Shown here piece by piece: positions 34,910 through 47,256 of a stretch of 64,000 nucleotides of DNA. The notes under the pieces were generated by a model. It ran no database searches, was not told where the DNA came from, and saw only the letters and a list, made by a program, of their open reading frames with translations. Position 1 is the first letter of the stretch; each line of letters begins with the position of its first letter. The DNA is from Aplysia californica. Its lineage: Eukaryota. The stretch covers positions 867,113 to 931,112 of the forward strand of contig NW_004797456.1 in assembly GCF_000002075.1 (NCBI RefSeq). Direction: 5' to 3'. Both the position numbers and the translations under genes were made by a program.

Positions 34910-36672
34910 CCAAATAAGAGATTTTAGGGACATTATGACATTACGTTACTATGGGTAATTGTGCTGTTTGAAACACTTCCATTTTTCTTCTCTCCTTGTA
35001 TTAATTTTTATATATACTGGTAAGAGAGCACATTTTCAGCATTGAGTGTCTGGAGTGTTTCAGAACGGATTTGGGTGGTGTTAAGCTGAATTCAGAAGGA
35101 TGCAGAAATCCTTTTGATAGGGGGCATCTAGGTCAATTGTAGTTTACACATAAATTACTTCCTGAAAGAGTTAAAACTACTTTTTTGTGTGTGGAGAATT
35201 CTAGAGGTCACAGAAGATGCAATGATCTCTAAGCACCCATTACAGTTATATTACCACCCACAATGGAAGTAATGCATTGTGTCATTCATTTTTCATCTCA
35301 TGTATTGTGGCTGCCTCTTTGAAGAGGGGGCTTTGTTTCTTGTTAAATATCATTGCCAAGTTCATTACTCAAATGTTTCAGTCAGGTCATATGACTTTGT
35401 GTGAAAGTGTTCTGTGTGAGCGACACTTAACTCCAAATCAATGTCCACATCATTTTTCCATTTCTTGAGTGACATGAAATTAAGAACATTTTTGGATAGC
35501 AATGGTTTCAGAATCGTAGTTCAAACATGTGTACCAGTGGGATTTAAGTGATTGTACTACTAATTTTCTTGGTTGAATTACGAGAATATATTTGAGATGG
35601 ATTTTACTGGCTAAAGTGGATTTTTTTTAAAAAGGTCTGATACACGTGTTACTTTTTGAGGTTGTTGATGCTTAGACACCATTCCGGATAACTTCTTTCA
35701 TGATCGGTAATTGTTGGGAATTCTAAATTCTTAATTAGTAATTGTGTATTATGTGGGTTATGTCTAGTTTTTATTGGTGTTCGGTTTTTTTTTCTTCAGT
35801 CTATTTATTTTGTTGTTTTTTATTGAACTACTGGACAGGAATACTTGATGTTCGTTTTGAATTGGGCTTCGCTCTGGGGGTTTTGGGGGTCAGTAGGCCT
35901 GTGTGATAGACCAGACTCTGGAGTCAACATTGGTCAAGATAGCGAGGTGCACAGAAAGTGTGGCAGGCATGAAGTAAAGATTTGGGAGAAATTCCTAATG
36001 AACCATGTTCAGAAAAACTTTTATTAAAACATTTGATAGCCCCTATAATCTCAGAGGAGGAATAATTGTTTATGCATATCGTCTTTTTGATGAAAAAAAT
36101 TTATTTCAATAAGCAGACACAATTAGAAAGAAAATTACGCACCAGCGTATTTTAATTTAAATAGCACCTTTTTGGAGGCATGCTCTAGCCATGAGGTCCT
36201 GAGTCGGATTAATTTTGATTACAAAACTATATATTTTTTGAAAAAACGCCCGATACCATTTGTGTGGCATCATGGTGAAATCAAGTGCTTGGAAAAAAAT
36301 GAAATTGAAAAAATCAACATTTATCCACCTGTTGGTCAATATTTATCAAATTTTGGGGGTGTGGCTCAGCATTTTTAATATTCACTTAAAAACACATTTC
36401 TGTGTTGATTTTATTGAAACGGTTAGAGTCCAAAAATGTAAATTTGCAGTTTCTAAGGGCTGTTCAGCTTTGGAAGTTGCCAAACTTGGCTGTAGTTGTC
36501 TCGATAATTAATTTTACCTTTGACCCCAGGTGGACACCCCCCCCCCCCCCCCCCTCCACCTCCTTCCATTGCAAATATCTAGACTTCTATTCAAGATAGA
36601 TATATGTAATTTTTTTATTTATCAAAAGCAAGATAAATGAAATATGCTTTAGTGTTACGGTATACCAATAAC

Positions 36673-37682
36673 TAGGTACCGCAAACTGGCCGTGCGACCC
36701 CGTGGCGCACTGTCACGGAGACCAAAACCCATATTTTTACCCTCCTAAAACACCGTGTGAACATGCATACACACAGACACTTGATATATCAGAAGAAAGA
36801 GGAGCTTTTCCTCTTTTTAGTGGTATAATTTATTTGAATCAACGATTCTTTTGAAAGCAAAATCTTGCGGGATAAAAGACAACACTATCGAGGCTTTCAC
36901 CGCAGCGACCGCGCGTTTCGTGTTTTGATTTTTAGAGTGACCTCGGTTGAACAGGAATGGGAGCGTATGGTATTAAATACTGGAATCTGATTCGTCGATA
37001 TTTCAGGATGAGAAGACGCTCTTTCCGGTGATATATTTCTAAAGACTGTCCTTAAAGAATTGATCGAAGAGATTTGCGTGTGAAAAATTTCGGTGCTGTT
37101 TTTTTATGGAACCAGTAATCGGACTGACTACGGAAATATATTAGCAGAAAGCCCATTCATTCCTCTTCAAGATTAACACAGCCATTATACGGAAATAAAC
37201 ACCGGACGCTCCCCGTCGGCTCGCAAGCAGGGCACCATCTCCCCGCTTTCGTATAAATTCTCTCTTCTTCCCTTCAGCGCGGCCCAGCGCGCAGCCGATA
37301 AGCTGGCGGTCGCGAGTGGTGATTTTAACCTCCCCTTGTATTTCTTGCCGTTTTGGTCAAAAAGCCATGTTTACGTCAATAAATTTCCATCTTCTGGTTA
37401 TTTGATAGCCCTGAAAAAATTGAGCTTGTTCTCTATGTGCATAGGTGTGTGTCTACAAGATTTTGTGAATGTCCATTCAAATTTTAAAATGTTGTGACAT
37501 CTCAAAGTGTAGACATTTCGCAATTAAAAATCTGTAACATTTTTCTGCAACTTCAGAACTTTGTTAAAAATGAAGCTATATGTATAAATTTGGTATCAAA
37601 ATGCTCAGAATGATAAATTCTATAAGGTAGTGCAGTTAAATATGAAATCAGAGGACTTTGAAATTTCAGTTTGTGGTACCTA
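36673..37682. mobile_element. hAT (hATw-like) MITE in the BAZ1A 3' region
   Basis: TIR TAGGTACC(G/A)CAAACTG; 7-bp TSD CAATAAC. Confidence 0.82.
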
Positions 37683-39686
37683 CAATAACTCCAAATGCAG
37701 TAGAACTGACCAGTGCCCACTTCCATCATGCCATGACACGTTTATATAATATAGTATCGACACACGGAATTACTATGATATAGGATGGATCATTTGGGAT
37801 TTCTCCTAGGAATTCCACTCCAAACATACTGGTTATGAAGTTGCACCCCTAACTTAATTTATATCTCTTCCGCAAGTTTGGGATAGCTCATGTCTTGCCT
37901 TTTCAGATGCTTTCATAAATACCTGGGAGTGTACTGGATATTTTTTAAGCAGTTCGTTATGTCAATGTTCTTAACAAATTTTCTAGACCGCAGTCTTTTG
38001 TACCATTCTTATTACTCTTACCCACACGGAATGATGTTTGTAACGCATGCTGGCAGTTGTTTTTGTCGACATTCCAGGAAGGACAAAAGTTGCTTCACTT
38101 AATTTCTTCTCTTTGGTACAGTGCTGATTGTTATTTATTTTGTTATACAATGAAATTTAGGAGCGTTGCCTTTACTAGATTGATGTTCCTACTTCTTGAA
38201 GTACAGACTTGCAAACTGCTCTGTACTAAAAGGCAAAACAAGTAATGGATTCTTTTAACTTTAATTTCCTGATCCAGTTGGAAAAAAAAACCCAAAACAA
38301 TTGTGCTTTTTTTTTTACCCAGCCTTTCGATGGGCGCAAAAAGTATCTCTTGTTGTTGCTCTTTAACTTTAATATTTTGTAATTTTGTTTACATTCTAGA
38401 CATATTCATGCAGTCATTTTTTTTCATAACTCCCCTTTCCGCATGTACAATAAATGAAAATTGATAAATCAATCCTTACTAAATTTGAAATGTTTTTGTT
38501 TTTGTATACACTGGTAAAATAGAGTAAACATCAAAACATGAAATTTAGTATTTACACAAAAATTCGAGGACTTTTTTGTTGGAGGAATTTTTTTTCTGCT
38601 GGTAGCGGCTGCAGGTCTAGGTATGGCAGCTAAGTACTGGATTTTTAGCCTATTCGTGAAAGAGATAGACACATCATAGAGTCAGGTCTAGAAGAGTGCA
38701 ATAACGTGTGAGTAGTTTATCTTGTTTTGCCATTTTCTTTTTATTAATGAAATTGAGATATATCCACCATTACTTTTTCATGTATTGCCAGGTGTCTTCA
38801 AAAGCTTTTCTTGTGGACACAGAGAGAACTAAACATTATTGCAGAAAGAATTTAGAAGAAGAATGTTAAAATTATGTAGTGGGAGAAGAATGTCATCTAT
38901 GTTGGAAGATGTATTCTTGGGTATTTTCTCAGTGAAAAATGAATGAAATTATTTTTGTCATTTATGTAGGATTTTTTGTTAATCACAGGCACAATCTTTT
39001 ATTTTATTATTTTTTTTTTTTTTTAGTTTTCTGAGATCCTTTTCTTTCTTTTTTCGTCTTGCTTGCTGTTTTCTTTTGTACTTAGTTATTTGCTGTTGTC
39101 TGAAATTCAGAATGTTTGATCTTAGTCTTAATAAGTGCTAGGGCTGTAACAGTTCTGTTGTTATAGATATTTACCTTTACTTGAGAATGGGGGGGTCAGG
39201 TCCACAATATGCGTGAACCATCTGAGATAAGTGTCCTTGCTAGTACAAGTTTCTGAGGAAAAAATGTTGTTTCTTCAATAGAACAGGAGTACCTATCACT
39301 TGCTGCTCCCCCCCCCCCCCCCCTGATACATCTTTTACCTTTCATACCTGTTTTCAAGACATCTTACCTTATTACTGCTTTGAACATGCATGTTCTTGTT
39401 GAGAGAAGCCTACAGTAAAGACATTGCTGCTATTGCAGGTATTCAAGCCGAGGTTATGGTACCGGTACCCCAAATTTTGAGAGAAAACATGTTTGAAAAT
39501 ATCTCAGTTTAAGACAATTTGTGTTCTATTTCATTTCACAGAAACCCTTCTTTTTGACAACTACCGTTGAAAGATGGTGATGGTTCACTATTATTATTCC
39601 ATTTTGTTTTTGGAGTGTGAAAGGACGTAGCTGAGTGTCAGGATATGTACATGTAACATATTGTCATCACATGTATTTTGTATTGA

Positions 39687-39692
39687 AATAAA
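39687..39692 (+). terminator. Candidate distal poly(A) signal of BAZ1A (another AATAAA at 38449-38454)
   Basis: AATAAA preceded by TGTA elements and followed by GT-rich sequence. Confidence 0.4.
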
Positions 39693-39862
39693 CTTGTGTT
39701 GCTATGAGACCTGGTGTGCCTTGTATTCTCAGAAACCTTAAACAATAATAACAGACGGCTTTTACTTTTATTATAGCGCACTCAATGAGTTTCACGGGTA
39801 CAGGAAAGATTTCATGAATTTGTAGCCTACATTTTTTTCATTGATATATCAAGAATTGTAAT

Positions 39863-40121
39863 AGATTAGATTACACCGTCTGTATTTTTTCACTTTTCTT
39901 ACCCACACCTGGTGTGCAGGTTACACTCTTCACTGTCGCCCTCAGAAAACATGAATTAGGATTTCAGAAAGATAAAGTGGAACATGGTGTTTAGAGAGCA
40001 GGAAAGGAGGTGAAAGGAAAAATTTTTCAAGAAAATCTGTTTTTCCATCGCTGTCAAATTTTGAACCTGGGACCTATTGAATGAGAGGCGAACACCGTAA
40101 CCTCTAGACCATTAGAGCCCC
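39863..40121 (-). mobile_element. Degenerate tRNA-derived SINE, second family
   Basis: On the minus strand GGGGCTCTAATGGTCTAGAGG...GGTTCAAAA has A/B-box-like spacing; (TCTAA)n-like tail. Confidence 0.45.
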
Positions 40122-40166
40122 TTGTCGCGGATTTGGCAATTTCACAGAGTGTAGCCTTACCACTAA

Positions 40167-40732
40167 GGCAGGTCCCAGAGTGGCTCTGTAGGTCTGACCT
40201 GTAGCTCGCCTAGCTCGTACCGTGCAAATGAACATCATTATCGTGCGCCTGAGCAGCGTCGCTGTATGGTCTGTCTGTTGTCCGCTGAGCTGTGCGACGC
40301 GTCAAATGTGCTATTCATCAACAGTGTTGTAAAACACGTCAGACATGTGTTACACGCAGCCTCGCTTTGTGTTTATTTTCGACTGAAATTCTTCACAGAT
40401 CATCAAAATCAGCACGAAGTAAGTATTATTAGGTGCTTTACTATTATATTGATGCTAGCATCAACACTTGACCACAAAATCCCAAGAAATACACTTTATC
40501 CTTCATTAAAATTTCGAATCGAGAGGTTGACCTCTAGTTTCGACTGTTTGAAGTGTTTATTAACATTCGTAGGCCTGTGTGCTTCTAGCCTAGTGTGCTG
40601 TGCTGACACGCAGAGGGCGCTCACTCAGAGTCAGGCACAGAAGCCAATGCACAGTGCGGCTGTGCTGACTCGCAGACAGCGTACGCTTGGCAAGCTTCAG
40701 GTCAGACCTACAGAGCCACTCTGGAACCGGCC
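40167..40732. mobile_element. PIF/Harbinger (Tourist-like) MITE
   Basis: TAA|GGC...GCC|TAA; ~55-bp TIR including CCAGAGTGGCTCTGTAGGTCTGACCTG. Confidence 0.85.
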
Positions 40733-43700
40733 TAACCTGACATCAAAACCAGTCCCACCTGATATATGCTGAGTGGGTTTTGAAAAAGTTCGCAAGCCTG
40801 GTCTTGTAATATGTCACTAGGTTGAAATGGAACGGTTTTCTTATTGATTTCCTTCCACGGTCTGTTCTGTTGGATGGCACAGATCCCATGCTCAGCTTAT
40901 CATACTTTCTTTAAATTTGTTTGATACACATTTCATGGAGTCTCCTAGTACGAATGCTTTTCTTTCCCCATCCGTCTGTGATTTGTCAGGGTAAAAGAAA
41001 AGCACACTCTTTGTTGAAGTGAACAGTTTTATGTTGAATACAGCATTATGTCATCACACAACCCCCCCCCAATGGATGAGACTTAGTCAGATGTGCCTTC
41101 TAATGATATAAAAAACAGTAAAAAAAAAATAAGGAGAAAAAAAACCCAACACAATGGAAATCGAATTATGATAAATTTAATGGACAAAATATGAAATGTA
41201 AAACTTATATAAAGATATGAGGAAGAAAAAAAAACATAACGATGATACAATAGCATAACCATATATATATGTATATGAACATTTATAAACCTTCATCTCA
41301 TGTCAGTAATTGGTTGAAAGAACAAATTATGTGAAAAAATTGTATAAAAGAATTTTTTGTACATAAATGAAGGTAAAATGTTCAGCACCGGATGACACAT
41401 GTACTTTTAATTTCAACGACCAAATCTGAACTGAAGCAGAAACAACCTGAACAGCATATTTTACAGCAAACTCTATCATCATACATTAATAGCTGCAGCA
41501 GATAGGATGGGGTAAGCGGATGAAGAACTTTTCTGTAAGACCAACATAAGGGCATTCTGATCTATCATGGCCAGAAAAGCTATTTGTAAATGCAAGTGGG
41601 TGGCAAGATTAGAATACAAATATCGAAATAAAGTCTTTCATTTAAGATTTCAAATGCGCTTTACGGCCCAGGACAGGAACAGAAGCACTGAATGGAGTAT
41701 AATAACCCCAAGCAGTGTGTGATAACTTAGCACAATATCTGTCACTCCGTGACACAAGACAAGACAGCAGAGACACATGCAGCATACAGATTATTTTTGG
41801 CATCATGGTTTCATTAAAAGGGTCACGTTTGAGGAGAGGTTGCCCAATTTTGTACAGTAATATTTACTAATATACAAGAACGAACTGAGTACTTTGGGCT
41901 TTCAGTCACACAGGATGACCAAAAATACATAATTTACGCAAAATGTCAATTGCTACTACTATGGAAGAAGATCTCATTTCTGAAATCTGGAGAGTAAGAA
42001 GAAAAACATTTCTATGATAGAATAAAACATTTCTATAAACACTGGGAAAGAACAGAAGACAAGACCCAAAAAAAAATTAGTCGTAAAGGCAGCAAGACAC
42101 CATGCATATGCAGTGACCCAGAACATGAAGCGGAAAAAAATATAGATTATGACATTTACAAGGGTCTTCTTATCTTTGAGACAAAACATTTAACTATGGT
42201 GAATACATGAATGTCAAAAGGCTGCAATGCCAGGAAGAAGTAGGCCTACAAACTTGAAAAAAACAAAACAAAATCAGGCAATCAGAACATAACGCCTGCA
42301 ATGCAGTGGCACAATAAGTATAATATTACCAGACCTATCATTACATGGCAGAACTAAAATGACCCAAGTCTTGTACACAAACTAAAATATACAAGCATAT
42401 GACTGAAAAAAGTTTGCAAAATCCAAAAGACTGAAAATTGCAGGAAGAAGTGGGCCCCACAGGATTTCAGTTAAGTTATAGCAGGCTTATAATAATAATT
42501 CATAATAAATCTCCGAGCCCTATCTCTTCTTGTATTATTTTCAGATTAGGCATGCATGCTCCCCTATAACTGAGGTCCAAGCTTTGACAACATTCTGAAA
42601 TATGGACAGGACAGCAGAAAAAGTGCAAATAAAGCAAAACATCCATGGCGAATTGTACCAACATAACCCACAAGAGGCGTAAGTTGTTTATGATGTGTGT
42701 CATTCAATGTATACAGGGGAGGGAGGGGGATGCCAGATGTACTTTGGTGTTAATCCAGATTTTCCAGTCAGTGATTTCAGTGTCTTAGTGTGACCTTGGT
42801 CCGGCACTAGATCATCACATTGTCTCCTCATGGGATGGTGAGACTTGTAGTGGAAACATGATTGAATGAAAAGTACGCACTGGGAGCTTGATCTACTCCT
42901 GCTCTATGTGTGTTCCTTTTCCCCACTGTGGTAACTGTTTGATTATGAATACATGTGGTTGTATAGTAGAGCACGGTGTGCCCTAAATAAATGCAATTAT
43001 TGCTTTCATTAGGCTATGACCTGTGCATCTCAAAAGATGCCTAGTCAACCTCCATGAGACTAAGGTACTAGAAAAAGAAAGACAAAGATGAGAAGCAAAT
43101 AATATCAGTGGACAAGATAGGAGAAATAACTGATGAATTGGTAGTGGGTAATCTGTGTGATAAAGATTCCATTACTTGTTAATGAAGTCAGTGTATGTAA
43201 ACGTGATCCCCATCTATGACAGGGACATTACACCCGTCCCAGCGGTCCAGTTATAGCTGGGGCCCACCATACATAACCCTTATCATTCCTTAACTGTAAT
43301 CCACTCAATTAAAAAACAACAACAACACACCCACATGTCAATTGATAAAATGAATAAAAGAGGAACAGAAGAGCAGGGGGGGGGGTTTCCTAAACCAGCA
43401 ACTTTAAAGACTTTCTTCTTTTTACAAATGTCACTCCCTGGAAAAGGCTTTAAACAAAACCCCAAAATACTTAGGCTCTTAACATACAAAAATCCCCTAA
43501 ATTTTCAATTATAGCGGATTGTCCTTTAAGAGTTGAAAATATTGTTCATTATCACATTATACCATTTACATTTTGTAATTACAAGATGATATATGAACGT
43601 CATACACACGAGTATTGGTTTATGTGCTCGAGAAAAATTTGAAGCAGCAGGAGCACAAGACAAAGCCCAAATGTACAAAATCAAGAATACATTGAAGAGT

Positions 43701-44795
43701 GACACAACACAGATAAAAGAACCCCGACACAGCAAGATATATTGGGCATTTACCGCTGACCGAGTTCTGAATACTCAATCCGAATCACAGCTTGCTCATT
43801 ATTTTACAGAAGGCTGCACAATTTTTACATAAAAACAATGATCAAGTACACTAGAAGGTGGACTAAATGTACGGTACTCGAAAAATTGAGCTTTCGAACA
43901 AAGAAAAATTATATGCTCTGACTGGAAAGGCATGGCTTACACATCACTTTTCATTTATTCCTGAAAAACAAAACTTTTAAGTCACCAGGTTTAAAAAATG
44001 ATAATATAAATACATAAATTATTTAATAATAATAGAACCAGGGTTGGATAAATTCAAACAAAATGTATTGTCACTATCTCTTTTAGATCTCATTAGTGAT
44101 CACTCAGCTACAAGACACAGTAGGCTGTAGAAACTTTTGAATTAAACCCATCTTTAAATAAAGTGCATCATAGATAAAAGGGTGACATCTTCGACCTAAC
44201 CTCCAATTTCCAAAAGGACCATGCCACTCAGTATTCAAGAACGTCACATTAGAAGACAAAAGCATAAAAACGGCCCACTGGAAATTTGAACCAGGACCAC
44301 ACTGTAGTCTAGCACATCAGTGAAGCCAGACTTGCCTGCAGTGAGAGGCTCTGGACAAATTATCGTGACTTTAATCTGAGACATGATGTGACACACCCAG
44401 ACCAAAAACAATAGTGAGTGGAAGGAATACTTTGTGATTCATCCTCCTTATGAAATAGAAGTTACATTTTAACTAAAAGTAAAAGCCAGTCTGTTTATAA
44501 ATGTCTCAGTGAATACATCTTGTTCCTTATATTATCTGTCTTTCATACATTACATTAATTTTGGGCTTTTATCCAATTCAAAGTGCTTGGCTAGTCCACT
44601 TTATGTTGCCATCCGGAAAAGTCATCGCCTCCGGGATCAGCACTTTGTTGTTGAAGTTGAAACGAAAAAATTTCATGACTGAAACGATCATCATTGTTAA
44701 AAGAACCATGGGTTGTTGTTTTTTTTTGGGGGGGGGGGGGGGGGTTTGCTTCTTATTCCTATTGGGGGAGGGGGGGGGGGGGGGGCCCCAAAAAA

Positions 44796-45167
44796 ATTTT
44801 CTAGTATATTTCCCAGTAATGAGAACAAAAATAGAGTTCTTGAAAATGGATGAATAAAAATTACCCAAACCATATTGGGGATGCATGACTTGTGCAATGC
44901 ATAAAATGAATGGACCTACAGGAAGAGGAAATAATCTTTTCATTCAGCAGAGCTTGACACTATCAGTTACAAAATTAAAGTTAACAGAAAAAGACCGAAA
45001 AGACCTAAAAAAAATTGTTTTATTTTAAATTAAAGACAATTTCCATAACACTATTAATTGCTACAACACATAAACACAGGCCAACTACTACAACAACAGC
45101 GCAGCAGCTGCTGTGGAAATCAATTTAGTAATTCATTCTGTTAGCAGTATCAATCTCAATCTGACAA
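44796..45167 (+). repeat. 372-bp segment duplicated at 49727-50098
   Basis: Looks identical by eye; the second copy ends at the N gap. Confidence 0.9.
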
Positions 45168-46991
45168 CCCCCCCCCCCCCCCCCCCCCCAACATCACACA
45201 GAACAGTTACGGGGCTGATGGGCTGACCTCTAAATAAACTGATGACTCACAAGCATGATTTTGTTAAAAATTCTAAAACAATACCATACAAGAAAGTACA
45301 ACAATCTTATGTTTCTCAAAGTGTCTCTTTAAAGGGTCATAGTCTCGATATTGATATGGGGTAACCAATGAAACATTTTAAAAATTACCAAGCAAAATAA
45401 AAATCTCTTAACTCATTCACATATTGATGGGATGTTTCTGTTTTTAAAACACTGACATAGTCATACACATCTAGCACTGACTAGATAAATCAACACATTT
45501 CATGACCAATCAGCAAAGAGAAAAAAAAAGGGCAAACTGTCCACATTATATAAGCTTGATGAGCCTTGCTTAACCTTAAATCACAACCAAAACAAAAAAG
45601 AGTAAGCCAAAAGTGAAAATAAACATGTGAAGGAGACCAGGATTTTCAGAAACAAATGTTTCACAAACAACCCAGATGAATTTACATTAAAACCATTCCA
45701 TTTCAGATTTCAAGGCGGCATTTATTTTTTCATTGAATTTCAAGCCACACGATTTTTAGCTTACCTTCATCGCACTTTCAATGAAGACCACGAACAAATG
45801 GAACTCAATCATCATTTCTTAAAATGTTTTGAGCGAACATCAACAATTAGTGTCACACTGCAGTCATAACCTCATCTGTTCCGTAATTACAGAAAGTTGG
45901 ACAATGGTTCTGTTATTGACTGTGATTAACCTAATTTAAGTGGCAAGATTTTTATAAAAGTTTATTGCTAAAATGTTCCTACCTTTGAGCAGAAGATGAT
46001 TGACAACCCCCAAAAGGCACTACTCAGCGACCCACTGTGCGCTGTTGAATTTACTTTGCCTAAGCTTCCCTCTACCCAAGAGGCACATAGACATTCTGTA
46101 AATTATATAATAAAAGGGGAAAATAATTGTATAGAGAGTACAAAAGCAAAGAGTATAGACAAATTTTTAAAAAGCACTGATACACACAACATTAAAAGTA
46201 GTAAAAAGGTAGCCCTATTATCATTCAAGATACACTCTCCAGGAACAGCGTGGGCTTACAACTTGGAAGCACTATACCCAAAAACCTCCAAACCCAGGAC
46301 AGTTTCCTCTGTCAATTTAGTGAAATTTTTTTCATTTCTTTTTTACTTAAGCTTGAAATGTAACTGTTCCATCAAAGAAGCCAACCATTGCAAAATACCT
46401 ATTGTGAAAAAATCTTGACCAAAGCTGTGTATTCCCCAAATCAGCTAAAACTTTCCTTTTCTATGAAAACAGGTGTTGGTGCATTCAATTCACCACTGTC
46501 AAAGGAAAAAAAGTAATTTTTTTTTTCTTCACTAACTTTAAAGTTACAGGTCTTTGCTGTGTCTCCACGATTTCACATCTCTGCACGGAAGACCAAATTG
46601 TAAATTTTATGTAAGTACCTCACCAATACAGCCTTACCAAGGGTTCTACACCAACTGCCTCCCACCTACATCCAGAGAAAATTAAGACATAACAGCAATT
46701 AAAACCCCAACCATAAACATTAGCTTGACCTCAATATCATAAATGAAACTTTTCTCTAAACAATATACTTTCATTTTTCTTACGATAAGCTGCTGCCTTT
46801 GTCAAAACTAAATTTTCATATTTTCTACTAATGGACCAGTTCTGTTCAATTTTCACCAATTTTATGAGGCAATGCTTTCCTATAAAAATGTTAACACTTT
46901 GAGAACTGTTGGTCCATTGGGGCAGCTGTCTAGATAACCCTCATTCGAATCGCTCCCCCATCTCTCGCCCACACCTGATCCTGAGCACGGG

Positions 46992-47256
46992 TCATTTATT
47001 GTAGTAGGACTTGAACCAGCCCGTGAGGCTGGCCGCAGCGTTGAGAAAGGCCCCGGTCGTGGAGGTGTCCACGGGCGCCGACACACCCATGTTGGCGGCC
47101 TCATACGACGGCAAGCCAGACGGGACGCGCTCCCAATCCCTCGAGACGTCCATGTCAGGCCCGCTTGCATCCAGCTCCTCCTCGTCGCTCTCATACTCCA
47201 GAGGGCAAAGCTCCGCCTTCACTGGCATGCGGTACTGGGCCTCAAACGCTCCCACT
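46992..47256 (-). CDS. ATG14: ATG14 last coding exon (BATS domain)
   Basis: VGAFE..ESDEEE..DWERVP..AAASLTGWFKSYYNK*. Confidence 0.93.

Noticed and set aside
40266-40772. 168-aa ORF
   Set aside because: It lies in a Harbinger-like MITE, runs through its TIR and has no recognisable motifs.
44720-44790. G-quadruplex or proline-rich ORFs from poly-G runs
   Set aside because: The sequence around the homopolymers looks like low-quality short-read consensus.
45996-46418. 140-aa ORF
   Set aside because: A-rich sequence antisense to the probable ATG14 3' UTR; no motif or splice support.
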